From contig NC_057719.1 of assembly GCF_004010195.1 (NCBI RefSeq), positions 5,948,376-6,012,375 on the forward strand: a stretch of DNA of 64,000 bases, read 5' to 3'. The notes beneath the pieces are model-generated. The model was given only the letters and a program-made list of their open reading frames with translations, did not search any database and was not told where the DNA came from. The position numbers were made by a program, and so were the translations under genes. Positions 12,125-25,415 of the stretch are shown here, one piece after another (position 1 is the first letter of the stretch; each line of letters begins with the position of its first letter). Source of the DNA: Chiloscyllium plagiosum. Lineage: Eukaryota.

Positions 12125-14318
12125 TTGATTAAATTTAATTTATTATTGTCGCAAGTACTGAGCTACTGTAAAAAGTATTTTTTGTGTGCTAACCAGGCAA
12201 ATCACACCTTACACGAGTGCATCAGGATAACAGAACAGAATGCAGAATATAATGTTACAGCTACAGAGAAGTTGCAGAGAAAAATCAATGCTAATATATG
12301 AGAAACAAAAGCAAAAATTGCTGGATAAGCTCAGCAGGTCTAGCAGCATCTGTGGAGAGAAATTAGAGTTATCATTTCAGTTGAGTGACCCTTCCTCAGA
12401 ACGCTCTTAATATATGAGAGATCTATTCACAAGTTTAATATGCCCGATGGAAGAGAGTATAAGAGAGCTTTGATTATGTTGACGGCTTTCCCAAGGCAGC
12501 AGGATGTATAGACAGAGTCAACAGAAAGAAGGACGGTTTTCACGATGGTCTGGTTTGCATTCACAACTTTCTAATTTTTTGCAGTCTTGGGCAGAGTGGT
12601 TGCCATACTAAGCTGTGATGCATCCAGATAGGACGCTTTCTATGGTGCATCAATAAGAATTGTAAGAGTCATTGTGGACATACAGAATTTCCTTAGCCTT
12701 CTTAGGAAGTACAGGTGTTGGTGTGTTTTCTTGACTGTAGCATCTACATGGATGGACCAGGACAGATTGGTGATATTTACTCTTAGGGACTTGAAGCTCT
12801 TGACCACCTCCACCTCATCACCATTGATAGAGACAGGAGCCTTCCCTCCACTCCACGTCCTGAAGTTGATGACCAGCTCCTTTGTTTTGCTGACAGTGAG
12901 AGAGAGAGATTGGGGTCTTTATCCCATGCCACTAAGCTCTCTGTCTCATCTTTGTTTGAGATCTGACTCATTACAGTGGTATCATCGGCAAATTTGTAAA
13001 TATTTGTAGAACTTCAGTGACAGAGAGTGTCCTTCTTTATCTGTCTAACGAATTGGAGTGACTTCACTTCAAAAAACTAATCCTTTAATTGTAAGGTGAC
13101 CTTGCTGTACATGACAAAGTTTTCTATAAATACAAGCCCTTTTTAAATAATATGTCCAATTAAGTACCAACTAGTCTTCATCAATGTCCAACTAGCACCT
13201 TTTTGAGGGGTAAAGAAATTAGGGTTAAAGACTAGCTGTGCATCTCAACCTGAGGGTGAACCACATGGCAACTTCGGGCAAGGCAAAGGACAGAGGCGTC
13301 TGCCTCCTGATCAACACCTCTTTGGCCAAACAATCATGAGTAGTAAGGGGCTGAGTACACAGCCTTGCAGGGCACCAGTGTTGCGGATTATTTTGGAGGA
13401 GGTATTGTCACCTGACTTTACTGATTGTAGTCTGTGGGTCAGGAAGTCAAGAATCCAGTTACAGAAAGGGTTCCAGAGTTTGGAGATGAGTGTTTTTTGT
13501 AACTATGGTAGAGGGTAGAGCTAAAGTCAATAAATAGGTGTCCTCATTATACATATATTCCGGGTACACGTGTAGGGTCGGGGATCTGGTGTCTGCTGTG
13601 GACCTATTGTGATGTTGGTGAATTGTAGTGGATCAGGGCAATCTGGGAGGATGGAGTTGATGTGTGCCATTACTGACCTCTCAAAGCACTTCAAAATGAT
13701 GGATATCTGAGGTTGTTATTAAGGAACATACACTTGATTTTGCTTTGGCACTGGGATGGTAGCAGTCTTCTTAAAGCAGGTGGGAATCTCACATGTTAAA
13801 GGTGTCTGCAAATACTCCTGCCAGCTGATTTACTCAGGATCTGAGTGCATGGCCAGAGACTCCATCCAGGCCTGTCATGTTCCATGGGTTCACTCTCACG
13901 AAGAACGATCTGACATCTGCAGCAGTGATTGTGGGTACAGAATCACCCAGGTTGTCAGAGCAAGTGACATCATTTCACTGACCTTCTCTTCAAATTGAGT
14001 ATAGAATGCATTGAGCTCATTGGGGAGGGATGTATTGTTGTCAGCAATTCTACTTAACTTTGCTTTGTCTCCCGTTATATCATGTAAGCCTTGTCACAGT
14101 CAACATGTGTTTGTGTGGTTGGTCTGGGACTCTAGTTTACTCTGGTCTGGTCTCTTGGTGTCCCTAATTGCTCTGTGAAGATCAGACCAAGATTTCCTGT
14201 ATAGATCAAGGTCTCCTGACCTGGACTTCAGGAGGGAATGGATCTGCTGCTTCATCCATGGTTTCTGTTTGGGGAATACTTGGATTAACTTCTTTGGCAA
14301 GCAATGTCAAGACCCTTC
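12125..14318 (-). mobile_element. Rex1/Babar-clade LINE, decayed RT region, interrupted twice
   Basis: Minus peptides PKKLIQVFPKQKPWM...DLYRKS, QGCVLSPLL and IYKFADDTT; AT-rich 3' tail near 12125-12145. Confidence 0.85.
12304..12407 (-). mobile_element. Short Penelope-like terminal fragment inserted in Rex1
   Basis: Matches the ...ctccacagatgctgc.agacctgctgag... terminal motif seen elsewhere in the window; 12-bp TSD TAATATATGAGA (12292-12303, 12408-12419). Confidence 0.8.
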
Positions 14319-15039
14319 CAACCTTTGCCTTGCCTGAAGTTGCCATGTGGTCCAGCCAGTGAACTGAGAAACCCTCAGGTTGTGATGCATAGTCAGTCTT
14401 TAATCCTAATTTCTTTACTCCTCTTTACTTTTCTCAAGAAAGTGACAGTTGGACATTGGTGATGAATAGCTGGTACTTAACTGCATGCATTATTTAAAAA
14501 GGGCTTGTATTTATAGAAAATTTGTCGTGACCACAAGGTCTCCCTATGATTGAAGGATTAGTTTTTGAAGTGAAGTCACTCCAATTCATTAGACAGAAAG
14601 AGAAGAAAACTCCCATGACCCAAGGTCTACAAACATTGAATGAATAAATGATTAGATAATCTGTGGTGTTAGTGGTGGCTGGTGGGTAAATCTTATGGTA
14701 AAGAGATTCCCTGTTTGCCTTCAAATAGTGCCATGGGATTGGGACACTTGGAGCATTAGTTGTGTGCAGTCTATATTAATTCAAGCAAGCCCATTCACTT
14801 GCTGGCCACCTAAAATGCCTTTTGTTGATCGGTCACCTTTTCAGGGAGTTAAAATGGCTGCGAACTGCAAAACAAAATTTAAATGCGCCAATATTTTCTA
14901 ATCAACCTGCTGAGAGATGTTAATACACACATCTGGGTCAGGTGTGACTTGGACTTGGGCCTCCTAGCTTAGAGGTAGGGATGCTCTCCTTGCACCAGAA
15001 CCACCTTTAAATAAGATGTGTAATGAGCCCCTTCAGGCC

Positions 15040-15800
15040 AAAGCTACCTGACCATGGTTTGTCAGCCGTTTCCATTGAATCTGGAGAAAGCTGAGCAGAA
15101 TTGCTGGCACCTTCCTTTTGTGTGTCACTGGTGCATAGTCCAGGTCTCACTGTGACACAGGAGTGTGGAGAGAACCGCTCTGGACACTAGGACGTTTGTT
15201 GACTTGCAAGGATCTTTATTGTCAAACACTCATTGCCAAAGTTTGTAGAAGGCAGAACTGCCACAACTGATATGGTGTTGAAACTGTTTGTCAGTGGGGT
15301 TTTTTTGGGAGAGGCAGATGACAAGGTATGGGGGGTGCTTGACATATTCCAGAGTTACTCCTTCAAGCATACATGGGAGGTGGAATATTTGGCTGGTTGA
15401 GTATGAATTTTGTTTTGGCATTAATCAAGGACAGACCAAGTCTTATGTATATAAATTTGAAGGGATGCAAAGTGGGTTACAAATCTGGTGCAGACTAAGT
15501 AATGACACTGGGATGCTGCAGATGGATCTCCAATATTTCAGACAGCACATCATGAGGGTTGATCTGCTACCCCATTGGGAAATGCTACTTTAAGGCAACA
15601 AATATAGAAAATCCAGGTGCTCTGGAGAGTAAGCAGTGCCTTCACTCATCAGACTAATAAGGCTTTCTCACATCTCACTCCCCATTTAGCTTCACATTAT
15701 GGGAGATATTTATTGCACTTCCTTGCTTTGACGCATCCTCTGCCTGCCTGTTGAAAAATAAGACTTTCAGCAAATGGCTTTGAGCTCAATTTCATTATTG
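15040..15800 (-). mobile_element. RTE-clade LINE remnant; a related piece lies at ~16560-16830
   Basis: Minus peptide TLEYVKHPPYL...LSQK..TD...QHHISCGSSAFYKL resembles the RTE RT C-terminus; 15330-15470 resembles 16705-16810. Confidence 0.65.
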
Positions 15801-17029
15801 TACAAGGCCCACATAAATTTGTCCCATTTATTAATTCCCAAGACCAACATAAACAGAGCTGATGGAGAGAAGCCTAGAAAAATTAATATTGCTTCTTATT
15901 CATCCGAAGAGACTTGAATATGTGCAGTCAGCTGAAATGGAAAGAAAATGCAGATATTGAGTGGAGTTAGCTGCCACAGCATTAGCTAAAAATCTGTGGG
16001 ACATTTGTAGAAGTGAGTGAACATGATCTACTGAGATGAAAGTGTGTATCCTGAGGGGAACAATGCTTTCAAACCTAATTATAGGAGTTAACTTGCATTT
16101 ATCATAGATTCCACATAGATGTGGAATTAGGCCGATTCGGCTCATTGACCCTTTGAGGAGCATCCCATGGCACTGTGCTGCAGAAAGCGGTATTTCCCAA
16201 ATTGTGAATTTGGCAGGGGCAAGTGGTCTTGGCTATGTGACATGAGTGGACAGCAAACTAAGGTGTTTGGGCTCAAGCTACAATGGTGCTTGATGGACAA
16301 GTTGTCACCATTTTGAACATTCTCCTCCCAGTCATTAACTTCAAAGCTGCTGCACTCCAAGGAAGCATTACAGTATCTTCACAGTGTTTTCGTTGTCGTT
16401 TCTTGGAACACTAGCCACTTGAGAGTTGAGAAAAAAAAGCCTGGAGTGGTAGATTCCTTTCACCTATTCAGGCAGTGTCCAGTCCAGTTGTAATTGATTT
16501 TCCAGGGGTTTTGTCTGAATGCTTCTCAAACTAATTTCAAGAAGGGCACTAGCATTTTTCAATGGTCCTTCCATTGCATCTGGGGCAAAGAGGACAGGCA
16601 TTGCTGGTAAATATCTCTAGCCCCCTTGTGTGTTGCCTCATGGGAGAAGCAGATGCCAAGATATGGGAAGTACTCGACATATCCACAGTGTCTCCTTCAA
16701 CGGATATGGGAGGTGGAATATTTGACTGACCAGCTCTAGTTTAATAAGAGTTTGGTTTTGACAATAATCAATTACAGACCAAGTCTTATATATGGAAACT
16801 TGAAGGGATAGAAAGTGGCAATTTTAATCAATTTTGAGCAGCGTAATGGGAGGAAAGAACAAATAGGAGGCTCCAAGGGCATTTGGATATCTCTATGCCA
16901 ACTAAGATATCTCAGTATTTATATACTGTTTGGTTTCATAGGCCTCCTTTTGTATCAAACAAATGAATGTGATGGCTCAGGCACTAACTTGGGCAAAATG
17001 ACTAGTTTCAAAAGGGATTTTTGATGGGA

Positions 17030-17890
17030 GTTACATAGGAACATATACACTAGGATCAGAAGTAGGCCCGCGAGCCTGCTTTTTCATTTAATAAGATCTG
17101 TTTCTGTTCCAAATTCCATAGTCCCATTGCCCCCAATAATCTTTGATTTGCTTGCTAAACAAGAATCTGCATCCACCTTAAAAATATGTAATCACCTTGC
17201 TTCTACCTCCTCCTGAGGTGGAGAGTTCCAACGTTATACCCCTCAGAGAAAAAAAACGTATCTGTATCCTAGAAGGGCGATCCCCTAATGTTTAAACAAT
17301 GTTTCCTAGTTTTCAGCTCACCCACTCCTTTCCATCTCTACGTTGTCAAGACCATTCCAAATCTGGTATATTTCAATTAAGTCATCTTTCTTCTAAATCC
17401 CAGTGGAATAAGTCTGTCCAATCTTTCCTCATAAGATGACCCACTCATTCCAGGTTTCAATGTAGTAATTCAAAACAGCATCCAATACATTTAAGTGCTT
17501 CCTGAAATAAAGAGACCAAAACCATACACAGTATTTGAAATAAGGTCTTGCCAATGCCCTATGTAACTGAAGTAGAAAATCTCTACTGTTATGTTCTATT
17601 CTTTTTGCAAGAAAGGTTAGCATTCCATTAGCTACCTTAATTACGTCTTGTATCTGCATGCTAATTTTTGTGACTCATACTAGAATACATTGATTCCCCC
17701 TGCACTTCAGAATTCTGCAGTTATTCCCCATTTAAGTAATATTTTGTTTTGTTTGTTTTTCCTGCCAAAGTGAACAACTTCTCATTTTCCCACATTAGAC
17801 TCCATCTGCCAAATTTTTACCCATTCTCTCGATCTGTATAAAGCTGTGGCTCCAGCACTCATTACATCCTGCCAGCCAGGAAAAGACCCA
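17030..17890 (-). mobile_element. Older CR1 LINE 3' fragment
   Basis: Minus ORF 17429..17659 reads ANGMLTFLAKRIEHNSRDFLLQLHRALARPYFKYCVWFWS. Confidence 0.85.
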
Positions 17891-18639
17891 TGCGCACATG
17901 CATTCTGTTTTCGGCCTAACTTCTATTCATTCTTACATCTTAGTGCGCTGATATGCTTTAAATTTATAGTTGGATACTCTTTAATGTTAACTTGCTGTTG
18001 CAAGCAATTGTTTACATGTAAAATATGCAAATGATTCTCCAAACAGTAATGGCACTGCCAGAAATAGCAGGCTCCAATTCTTTGTTTCCCTGAGACTCCT
18101 TCAAATGACAATTAACTTGGATGAGGTTGTGCTCATTGCTCAGTTGTTCTTCTGTTGAATGGTTGTTTCAGAAGCTCTGGATCTTCCCAGTGATGTCACC
18201 GAGATAATTTAGTGCACGGAGTATGTAATCTGTAGCACAGAAGGAGGCTGTTCATCCATCTTTCCTCATGTTGGCTCCTTGAAAGAGCAATAAATTGGTT
18301 CTATTCACCTTTCAGCTCACTTTCCCCTTGCCTATAGCCTGAATTTTTTTTTTCTTTCCAAGTGTTTATCGCACTTCCAGTATGATGTATACTGAATGTG
18401 TTTGAATATCAAAGCATATAACTTGTACTGCTGAACAATGTGTACATAGAGACTGATATGGCAGAAACTGATCCTGTGGCCAATCTACATGGCCTTGGCC
18501 ACATGCCTGGAGTAGAACCGTGATCCTCCAGCTTCAAGACATCTGAATCTGATCATTCGGGACTCAGTTGCATCCCCTTCCACTGGATTTTGTGCCAGGA
18601 ACCAAATGGGATGGGGTAAGAAAATCAAATGTAGTAGCA

Positions 18640-18960
18640 ATATTTTCAATCTTGGGGTACCCTAAAGCACTTTACAACCAGTGGCGCACTTCTGAAATAT
18701 CGACACTTATAATGTCAGAAACATGACAATCAGTTTTCCACCTGCAGCATTGAGGTCAATGCCCAGACAACCCATTCTTTGTGATGTTAGTTAAGGGTAA
18801 GTGTTTTGCAGCATTATCACCTTTATTTCTCTTCAGTATAGTATTCATGAAAATTTTGCATCCACCTGTGAAAGGCAGTCTGATCCTAGGTTTAACATCT
18901 TAACCAAAAGGCAGCCTATATCATTGCAGCAGACCTTCAGTACAATGCTCTGATTGCGTA
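18640..18960 (-). mobile_element. Ancient DeuSINE (SacSINE1/AmnSINE1-like) fragment
   Basis: The reverse complement gtactgaagg..tgctgca...gatgttaaacc..gg.....ctgcc...cacaggtggatgcaaaa resembles the Deu central domain as remembered, followed by an L2-like tail. Confidence 0.6.
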
Positions 18961-20624
18961 GTGCTACCCACTGAGCCATGATTGACACTTCCATCTGACC
19001 AAATGCAAGGATCTCTGCAGCAAAGAAAAACTGCTATTCTCTTTTGTAGGCTATTTCCACCAGCTGCTAGGTACACTTCAAGCACAGATACCTTTGTCCA
19101 GATATAATTTAGGGACTCTTTACTTGCCCAAAATACACACCCATCAACCCGCAGCAATTTGAAGCAGGTGAAATGAGAAGTTCACTTGACTGCAAAAAAT
19201 AAACTCATGAATAAAACTACAACAAATAAGTTTCAATTAACAATAAGAAATAGCAATAAGAGCAGAATAATCTCTCCAGCAAAATGCACTCAGTGGTTCC
19301 ATAAAACAAATTTGTATACACAAAACCAATCCCAGCCTCTTGCGCAAGGTTGGTCTCTATGCATTGTTGATCAGTGGTTAGATCAATCACTGCTTTTATG
19401 GCCAGGAGTAATTGTGTCACGATGTGCAGCTGCCAATAGCAACCCTTTTCAAACATCCAGCTTTGTAAATTAGAATTGTAACCACAGATTGCAGAGTGCC
19501 TGAGACATAAGGAATAAGTTACCAAGCCTTGGGCTGCATGTAACCCACACACTACAGATGAATGTTTTAGTGTGCAGGGAGCAGTAGACATGGGGAAAAG
19601 CCACTGCAAGTTGATGTGCCAACATGCATCTTGTGTGATGCTGTTAATCTGTCACTTCTCATGCTGCCAATCTTCTAGGTGTCACCAGAAATGGAAGTTT
19701 GATTGCTAGGCAGTTCTCCATGCAACCCAAATTTTAAAAAAATAAAGGAAACTTTAAGAAAAACTCCTGACCCATAAAATTGGGCTGTTAGCACCACTGA
19801 TGTTGGCACTATGGAAATCCTGAAGGCTGAAAATGGAGCACCTGGTGAAGCCCTCATGGTGAACCTAGCTAGTGGCAGAGATCCTACCATGATGTCATTC
19901 AACTACTCCAAACGTTCCACCTACAAATCAAACTTGTTTTGCACATGTGCATGAAACATCTCTGCTAAGTCAGCTACAAGAACCCACAAGCACATGCACC
20001 CCACTCATATTATCATATAGTTTTACAGCATGGAAAGAGGCTGTTTGAGGCAGCAGGACCATGCTGATCATCTGACATCCATCTATTCAAATGCGGTTTT
20101 CTAGAACTTCGTCTGTAACCTTGTACTCCATAGCATTTCAAATGTTCACCTTAATAGTTAAGTGTCTTCAGGGTTCCTGCCTCTGTCACCCTTTTAATCC
20201 GTGAGTTCCATATATCAACAATCCCTTCTAAACCCCCTGCTTTTCACCATAAGACTGTATTGCCAACTTATTGATCCCTTTACTGGGGAAAACGTTTCTT
20301 CCCCCTCAGAACTTTGTACATTTGTATACTTCAATCAGTAACTCCCTCAGCTTTCTCTGCTCTGAGGAAAACAGAGTCAGCCTATCCAGTCTCAGTGTAC
20401 AATGTTCAAAGGAACTTAGGCAGAAGAGACACTTGGTCTTACTGCTTCTGGGGTAAGATTAATAAAAGTGCTGGGCTTGTTTTTAAGAGGTTCTGTGATG
20501 AGTAACCGAATACATTCAAGAGACCACAGGATCCACTGACCCACTTGGTGATGTGTATTGTTAGGTCTGTAGTTTCAGTGCCTCTGGGTCTGCAACATAA
20601 TTGAGAAATGGAGAGGGAGAAGGA

Positions 20625-20910
20625 GGCAGCACAGTAGCTCAGCAGTTAGCACTGCTACCTCACAGCTCCAGGGTCTCAGGTTCGATTCCAGCCTCAGGCA
20701 ACTGTCTGTGTGGAATTCGCACATTCTCCCCATGTCTGCATGGGTTTCCTCCGGGTGCACCAGTTTCCTCCCACAGTCTAAAGATGTGCACGTTAGGTGG
20801 ATTGGCCATGATAAGTTGTCCATAGTGTGCAAGGATGTGTGGGTCTGGTGCGTTAAGGTTACAGGGATGGGGTGGGTCTGGATGGGATGCTTTTCGGAAA
20901 GTTGATGTGG
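20625..20910 (+). mobile_element. HE1-type V-SINE, 3' tail truncated
   Basis: A/B boxes and V-domain as in the other copies. Confidence 0.9.
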
Positions 20911-21139
20911 ATGAGATCGTCCACACAAAGGATTTTAAGAGAAGAGCTCTGTACAGAAAGCCTCATCCACCACAGGTTTATTGTGAACACTTCCCTATAA
21001 TGAAGCCAGGGTGAGGACTTGGAGCATGTCAGTTTTACCAGGAAATTGGCCACAGAACTGAGCCAGATGCACCAACACAATCTCCAGACTCACATCAGGA
21101 TAACATCATAAATATCACAGTGACTTTGAGGAAAAACAT

Positions 21140-21600
21140 CTGCAAAGAAATGTGGACTCTGGAAATCTGAAACAAAAACAAAGTGCTAGAGAAACTCAGC
21201 AGATTTGGCAGCATTTGTGAAGATATAAACAGAGTTAGTGTTTCACGTCCAGTGAGTCTTGCTCAGAATTGATGGCAGCTATGAAAGGGTGAGAGGGAGA
21301 TAAATGCTCAGTAGTGTGCCAACAAGAAGTGTGAATGGATGAAAATGGGTTGGCTGTGCTAGAAGAACCTTACAAAACAGGACCCTAGGGGTTTGGGTCT
21401 GGGTAATGGAGAATTTTAGTGTTCTGGGATAGTTAAATGCAGTGTTGAATTCTGAAGACTGTAAGGCAAAAGATGAAATGTTCATTCAGTTTGCATGAGC
21501 TGGAGCTCTGCAGCAGGCCGTAGATAGAAATGGTGGCATGGGAACGTGGTGGTGTGTTGAAGTGGCAGGTAGCTGAAATCACGCTGTCATTTTTAGGGAC
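21140..21600 (-). mobile_element. Older Penelope-like 3' fragment
   Basis: Terminal motif ggaaatctgaaacaaaaac..aagtgct.gagaaactcagcag shared with 59280-59370; degraded GIY-YIG C-terminus. Confidence 0.7.
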
Positions 21601-21973
21601 AGAGCTTTGTGCCTGGCTCTTCCTAGGAGGAGAGGGTGTGGCGTAACCAACATCTTCCAGACCACTTTACTTCTGTGCACCTGGGAAGTGATGCATTCTG
21701 CCTGTGCCAAGAGGGGCAGATGCATTGTTTTTTTTTACCTCTCAGTAGATAGATATAGAGTGAGAGGCCACATGACTTTGCAGAGAATTGCAAAATTCCC
21801 AGAAGTGTCTAGAAATTCTAGAATCTTCAACCAGTGGAATTAGTTTCTCTTTATCTATCATGTCCCTCGTGTTCATATCCTGAAGCCATCAATTAGATCA
21901 CTCCTTAACTTTCTACATTCTAGAGAATAAACGCCTAATTTGTCTAATCTCTCCTCACTACTTAACCCCTGAA

Positions 21974-22137
21974 TAAAAACTGAAAGAACTGTGGATGCTG
22001 TAAATCAGAAACAAAAGCAGAAATTGCTGGAAAAGCTCAGCAGTTCTGAGGAAAAGTCACTCGACCTGTAGCGTTAACTCTGATTTCTCTCCACAGATGT
22101 TGCCAGACCTGCTGAACTTTTCCGTTTTTTGTTTCTG
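21974..22137. mobile_element. Penelope-like inverted mini-insertion
   Basis: 14-bp TSD ACTTAACCCCTGAA (21960-21973, 22138-22151); the ends are inverted copies of each other. Confidence 0.8.
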
Positions 22138-23094
22138 ACTTAACCCCTGAAGTCCAAGTATCATCCTTGAAACCTGCATTGAAGTCCATCCAGGGCCAAA
22201 ACATCCATCCTAGGGTGTGGTGCCCAGATCTGCTCATGCTAAGTGAGGTTTAACTGCAGCATAACATCTGCATCCCTTTGGATGTGAAGGCCAGCATGTC
22301 GCCTTGACTATTTTCTGCACGTGCTTGTGACATTTTAAATAGCTATGCACTTGAACCCTAAATCTCATTGGACATCTGCTATATTCTGTCCTTAACTTTG
22401 TGTCATCTATAAACTACACTCATCTCTTCTTTTTCAGCCCGAAATGGATAACATCACACATATTAAAATCCATTCACCTAATCTATCAATATCTCGTAAT
22501 TCTGTACTGTCGTCAACACTGTCTACAATGTTACCTAATGTGGCATTATCAGCAAATTTCAGTATTTGTCTTTTTGTACCATTATGCAAGTCGTTAATGA
22601 ATATTATGATTAGTTGTGGCCCAACACAGGTCCCTTGGGACCCCACCAGTCACATCCTACCAATTTGACTATTTACCCATTATTCCAACTCTCTGTTTCC
22701 TACTACTTAACCAACTTCCTATCCATGCCCTCAATTCCATAGGCTTCCAGTTTAGGTAACAATCTCTTGTATGGGACTTTATCAAAAGCCTTAGGGTAGT
22801 CCATATAAACATCATTCATCAACTTAGCTGTGTCCACCACCTTTGTTACCTCTTCCAAAAAATGGCCTTTGTCAGGCATGGTCTAACTTTCATGAATTCA
22901 TGCTGACTCTTTGTGTTTAGTTGAAATTTTTTGAGGTAGTCAGTTACTCTGTCCTTGATGGTAGACTCCAACATGTTTCCCACCACAGATGTTAGATTAA
23001 CTGGTCTGTCATTCCCTAGATTCTCTCTGTTATCCTTAAAAAACAGAGTGACAGGAGCAAATTTCCAATCCAGAGATGCAACTCCTGAATCCAG

Positions 23095-23560
23095 GGAACT
23101 CTGAAAAATTATGGTTAGGGTATTACCAATGTGCTGTCCTCCCTCCTTATGATGGCTCAGTGGTTAGCACTGCTGCCTCATAGCGCCAGCGACCTGGGTT
23201 CGATTCTTGGCTTGGGCGACTGTGTGTGTGGAGTTTTACACATTCTCCCCGTGTCTGCGTGGGTTTCCTCCAGGTGCTCCAGTTTCCTCCCACAATCCCA
23301 AAGATGTGCAGTTCAGATGCATTTGCGGAACTCTGAAAAATTATGGTTAGGGTATTACCAATGTGCTGTCCTCCCTCCTTATGATGGCTCAGTGGTTAGC
23401 ACTGCTGCCTCATAGCGCCAGCGACCTGGATTCGATTCTTGGCTTGGGCGACTGTGTGTGTGTGGAGTTTTACACATTCTCCCCGTGTCTGCATGGGTTT
23501 CCTCCAGGTGCTCCGGTTTCCTCCCACAATCCAAAAGATGTGCAGTTCAGATGCATTTGC
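23095..23560 (+). repeat. Tandem duplication, 232/234-bp units (CR1 flank + HE1 SINE 5' part)
   Basis: 23095-23326 is repeated at 23327-23560, with 4 substitutions and one 2-bp TG indel seen. Confidence 0.95.
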
Positions 23561-23697
23561 CATGCTAAATTGTTGATAGTGTTTGGTGCATTAGTCAGGA
23601 GTAAATGTGGGGAGATGGGTCTGGATGGGTCGGTGTGGACTTACTGGGCCGAAGAGTCTGTTTCCACACTATAGGGAAACTAAAAACTAAATCTAAT
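23380..23697 (+). mobile_element. HE1-type V-SINE (partial duplicate at ~23148-23326)
   Basis: A/B boxes, V-domain and HER1-like tail. Confidence 0.9.
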
Positions 23698-24717
23698 CCT
23701 TTAACATGGAAGGAAACCAACAAGTCCTGGGGATTTGATATTCTTCAGTTCCATTAATTTCCCAATTATTGATGATTTACTTATGCTAATGTTACTTTGG
23801 CCCTGTCCCTGATCCTCTGTTAATTTCATTGGGACTTCCGGCAAAGTATTCCCCTTTTCAGCTGTGAATACTGAAGCAAAATAATCATTCAACATGTCTG
23901 CCCCATGGACATTGACAATATGCCCACTCTCAGCTTTCAGCGGGCCAATAGTATTATTAACCAGCCACTTTTCCTTCATACAACTACACAATCTCTTCCT
24001 TTTATCCTTAACTGTCCTCTCTGTTTCTTTTCAATCTTTTCCAGCTGCTTTTAAAACCACTTGTGGTCCTGTGTTGCTGTTTGTATTTGTCTCGTTCTGT
24101 GGGATTTGTAATGTTTTTTGTGATTTGAAAAGCCCTTTCTTTTAATTTTATACTGTCCTTACCTTCTGAGATGTTCATGGCTTTTTTTTTTGTGCGAGGT
24201 AAAGCTTTTTGTTCTCATGGGTGCAAACTGTTTCTGAATGGCATTAAGTGTTTCTTTGAATACCCTACACCGTTCCTCCTCTATTTGACCTATTAGCAGA
24301 TTTTTCTAGTTTACTGTGGATACTCTGTCCCTCATCCCATTAAAGTCTGTCTTTCTTAAATCCAAAGTTCTAGTCTCTAACCTTTGCTTATCTCTTATAT
24401 GAAACTCGATTGTGTTATGATCACTATTTGACAAATGCTCACAAGCAACTCAGTCACTAATTAAGTCAGACTTGTTGCCTATTACTAGGTCTAATATTGT
24501 TTGTCCCCTTGTTGCATTCAAGACATTCACAATATACAACCATGCACAAAAGACCCAATCAATGATCAGCCACTAGCCTGGCAGCAGTCGTGATGCCTTT
24601 GTTCTGAGGTAGTTTGACATCCTGCCCTTTTCTTGGTGCTAGTGACAAATTGAGAATCACAGCTGAAGGGCAAAGGCTGTCACTGGTATATGTATGTTGC
24701 CTATGTCGCATGACCAT

Positions 24718-25415
24718 TGTTACAATATGGGTAAATGCGCCCCTGCTACTTTAAACTAGCAACACAGGAAAGATTTGCTCCATGCGGTAATATGTGAAAA
24801 TTTGAGAGGCCAAGAACTATTTAAAGTAAAAATTAACAACTTCATTTCTTAACGTATAACAGAGAATAATTAACGAACAACTATTTACAACTCCTTCCTC
24901 TAACCTATCTTTTACTTTCCCTTCTATAATTCTAGTCCGATAAAACCCCCCAATTAAGATTTATTGAAAAATTCAAATTTCAAAGCCAGCCAGCGGTTGA
25001 ATCTTCTCTTTTTATCTTCCTCTGTAGATTTGCTTTCCAGGTCGGTGTTGGCGTTTTTCCTTTGTGCAAACTCCTTCTCACAACAGGCATGTCTCAGTTC
25101 TGACTAACAGGCTACATCTGTTGGTCTGTTTTTTGCAGTTCTCTCCCAATTGTGCAATTTTTCCCAGTCTTATACCCCAAAGCATCGGATTGTGTTGTTA
25201 GCTTTTAATATTGTCAATATACTAAACTCAAGCTTGATTGGAGTTTGGTATTTTTTGGTAATTTAAACTGATTGGCCTAATTCAAATTTATTTTTGTCTC
25301 CAGGCAGCCAACTACCCTAGCTGTTGGACTAAAAGTTACATTGTATCTTGTTCAGAACACATGGTGCTCCTTCAACCCTCTTAAATGTACAGTACACCTC
25401 TACACCTTCATAACG
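24718..25415 (-). repeat. 3' LTR (698 bp) of the Gypsy element; polypurine tract at 25416-25425
   Basis: On the minus strand it begins CGTTA (TGTTA with one change) directly after PPT AAGGGGAGAG and ends TGTAACA. Confidence 0.85.

Larger units (their letters stand above)
22152..24525 (-). mobile_element. CR1 LINE ORF2 remnant, interrupted by a duplicated SINE
   Basis: Minus peptides SQGTCVGPQLIIIFINDL...KFADNATLG (RT) and ADMLNDYFASVFT...KSPG. Confidence 0.85.
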
